Of a stretch of DNA of 37,532 nucleotides, positions 35,855 through 37,532 are shown one piece after another. The notes below the pieces were generated by a model. The model searched no databases, was not told where the DNA came from, and worked only from the letters and a program-made list of their open reading frames with translations. The stretch comes from a virus. Taxonomy: Duplodnaviria > Caudoviricetes. The stretch covers positions 1-37,532 of the IMG/VR virus record IMGVR_UViG_3300032212_000073; one strand, given 5' to 3'. Made by a program: the position numbers and the translations under genes. Position 1 is the stretch's first letter, and each line of letters begins with the position of its first letter.

Positions 35855-37532
35855 ATGGCCCGTAGAAATAAAAATAAGAATAAAAAAGCTAAAAGATATA
35901 ACACAATTCCACTTGAGAAGCTTGGTAATGCAGTAACTTCAAATGAGCAAGTTGATGTTTCAAACCAAGATACGATGGATGCATCAAAAATTACTATCAT
36001 AAAACGTGCCGGACATAAAGAACCATTCCAACCAAATAAGATGTGGAATCTTTGTTTATGGGCTTGTGATGGTAAAGAATTTATGGCTAAAGAGCTAATT
36101 CGTGATACTGAGATTAAGTTACATAAAGAAATTCATATTAAAGATATGTTCCAGCAATTAATTGTAACTGCAGTTAATAAAATTAGTATGCTTCAACCTA
36201 TTTGGGAAGATGTCGCTGCCAAGTTAGAACTTGTAAAAATCTATAAAGAAACATACAATATATCTAAAGCTGATGAGTACCCACACATATCTGAAATAAT
36301 TCATAAGGGTTTAGAGCATAAGATTTATGATAAAAATACTCTTAGTAAATATACAGATGAAGAATTAAATCAAATTAATGATGCCATTCAACCAGAACGA
36401 GATTTGTTATTTAACTACAAAGGATTAGTAACTTTCTTTGATAAGTATTGTTTAAATTATTCTAAAACTAAAATATTAGAACTACCACAACATTCATATA
36501 TGCGTGTTGCGATGGCTTTAATGGTTAATGAACGTGATCGAGTTAAATGGGTTATTGAATTGTATAATGCAATTTCACAACATGAATATACTAAAGCAAC
36601 TCCAATTATGTTGAACGCATTAACACCCGGCCAACAATTGAGTTCGTGTGTTTTAAATACTCTTGATGATGATTCACATAACATTTTAGATACTGGTAAA
36701 AACTTAGGAATTTATTCTAAATTTAAAGGTGGAACAGCGCTAGATATTACAGCGCTGCGTGGTAAAGGTGGCTATATTGAAGGAACCCAGGGATATAGTT
36801 CTGGTCCTGTACCATTCATGAAATATTATGAATCAATTATGAAGGCTTGGAATCAAGGTGGTAAACGCCCGGGTGCTTTAGCAATATACTTTTCATGGTG
36901 GCATATTGATGTTAATGATATTCTTTCGTTAAAATCAAATGGTGGTACTGATGAAAACCGTGCACGCGGATTACAATACGCTTTAAAATTAAATGAATTT
37001 TTGGTTGAAGCAGTATTTAATAATGAAGATGTTCATTTATTTGATCCAAAAGATACTCCTAATTTAATTGGTAAAGTTGGTGATGAATTTGTACAACAAT
37101 ATAATAAGTACGTAAATAAATCAACAATCCGTCGTAAAACTATTAATGCTAGAGAACTCTGGGAAAAACTTTTTAAAGAGCGTTCAGAAACTGGTAATAT
37201 TTACTTATTCCATGATGAGAATGTAAATTTAGTTTCAATGCTTAATAGATATATTGGTAGTTCAAATCTTTGTCTTGCTGGTAATACTAAAGTTAAGATG
37301 GCTGATGGTAAAGTTAAACGTCTTGATGAAGTAAAAATTGGTGATATTGTTAAATCGTTTGACCATGTGACAGGTAAAATTGAAAATAAAACTGTTACTG
37401 ATTCAGCTTTAATGAATAAATCAACTAAAGTAATGAAAATTACCGATAATGCAACTGGTAAAAGTATCACATGTACGCCAGAACATGAAATTTGGACTGA
37501 GAATCGTGGATATGTTATGGCTAAAAATCTTT
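35855..37532 (+). CDS. nrdA: ribonucleotide reductase class I alpha subunit, 3'-truncated, intein-containing (absent from ORF track)
   Basis: Hand translation is open from ATG 35855 to the window end: ATP-cone IIKRAGHKEPF, ELPQ, ATPIM, QLSSCVL, NQGGKRPGA, SSNL. Confidence 0.95.
   Translation, partial: MARRNKNKNKKAKRYNTIPLEKLGNAVTSNEQVDVSNQDTMDASKITIIKRAGHKEPFQPNKMWNLCLWACDGKEFMAKELIRDTEIKLHKEIHIKDMFQQLIVTAVNKISMLQPIWEDVAAKLELVKIYKETYNISKADEYPHISEIIHKGLEHKIYDKNTLSKYTDEELNQINDAIQPERDLLFNYKGLVTFFDKYCLNYSKTKILELPQHSYMRVAMALMVNERDRVKWVIELYNAISQHEYTKATPIMLNALTPGQQLSSCVLNTLDDDSHNILDTGKNLGIYSKFKGGTALDITALRGKGGYIEGTQGYSSGPVPFMKYYESIMKAWNQGGKRPGALAIYFSWWHIDVNDILSLKSNGGTDENRARGLQYALKLNEFLVEAVFNNEDVHLFDPKDTPNLIGKVGDEFVQQYNKYVNKSTIRRKTINARELWEKLFKERSETGNIYLFHDENVNLVSMLNRYIGSSNLCLAGNTKVKMADGKVKRLDEVKIGDIVKSFDHVTGKIENKTVTDSALMNKSTKVMKITDNATGKSITCTPEHEIWTENRGYVMAKNL
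37271..37532 (+). mobile_element. intein (N-terminal part) in nrdA
   Basis: After SSNL: CLAGNTKVKMADG (block A) and ITCTPEHEIWT (block B TxxH) appear instead of the expected CxEI. Confidence 0.93.

Noticed and set aside
2211-37470. Numerous 60-110 aa ORFs nested in or antisense to larger genes
   Set aside because: They overlap well-supported genes and lack motifs; expected by chance.
1-37532. Stop-codon reassignment
   Set aside because: Genes tile densely under the standard code, and TAA, TAG and TGA all end genes at sensible positions.
35855-37532. Apparent 1.7-kb non-coding tail in the ORF track
   Set aside because: It is the open nrdA frame lacking a stop inside the window.

Overview
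AT-rich 37.5 kb segment of a lytic T4-like myovirus genome. The capsid style and multiple gp19 paralogs recall Campylobacterota phages, but host assignment is an inference. From left to right: (1) 1-6330, a tightly packed sugar/glycan cluster (kinase-like fragment, sulfotransferase-like protein, GT-A glycosyltransferase, short DegT aminotransferase, two SDR dehydratase/epimerases, PIG-L and NodB deacetylases, short UDP-sugar dehydrogenase) behind a T4 late-promoter consensus; (2) 6340-8596, a membrane protein, SNase, DUF1353 and thyX; (3) 8600-10530, an accessory island with repeated terminator plus sigma70-promoter cassettes; (4) 10588-16630, minus-strand head genes (gp23, gp22, gp21, gp2) and gp19-like genes; (5) 16701-34586, plus-strand baseplate and fibre genes, including an M15-peptidase hub protein, a lysozyme-less gp5, an HNH homing endonuclease, PAAR, gp25 and gp6; (6) nrdB and nrdA. 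nrdA is absent from the ORF track and carries an intein at its catalytic Cys. All calls rest on motif recognition by eye; no database searches were run.
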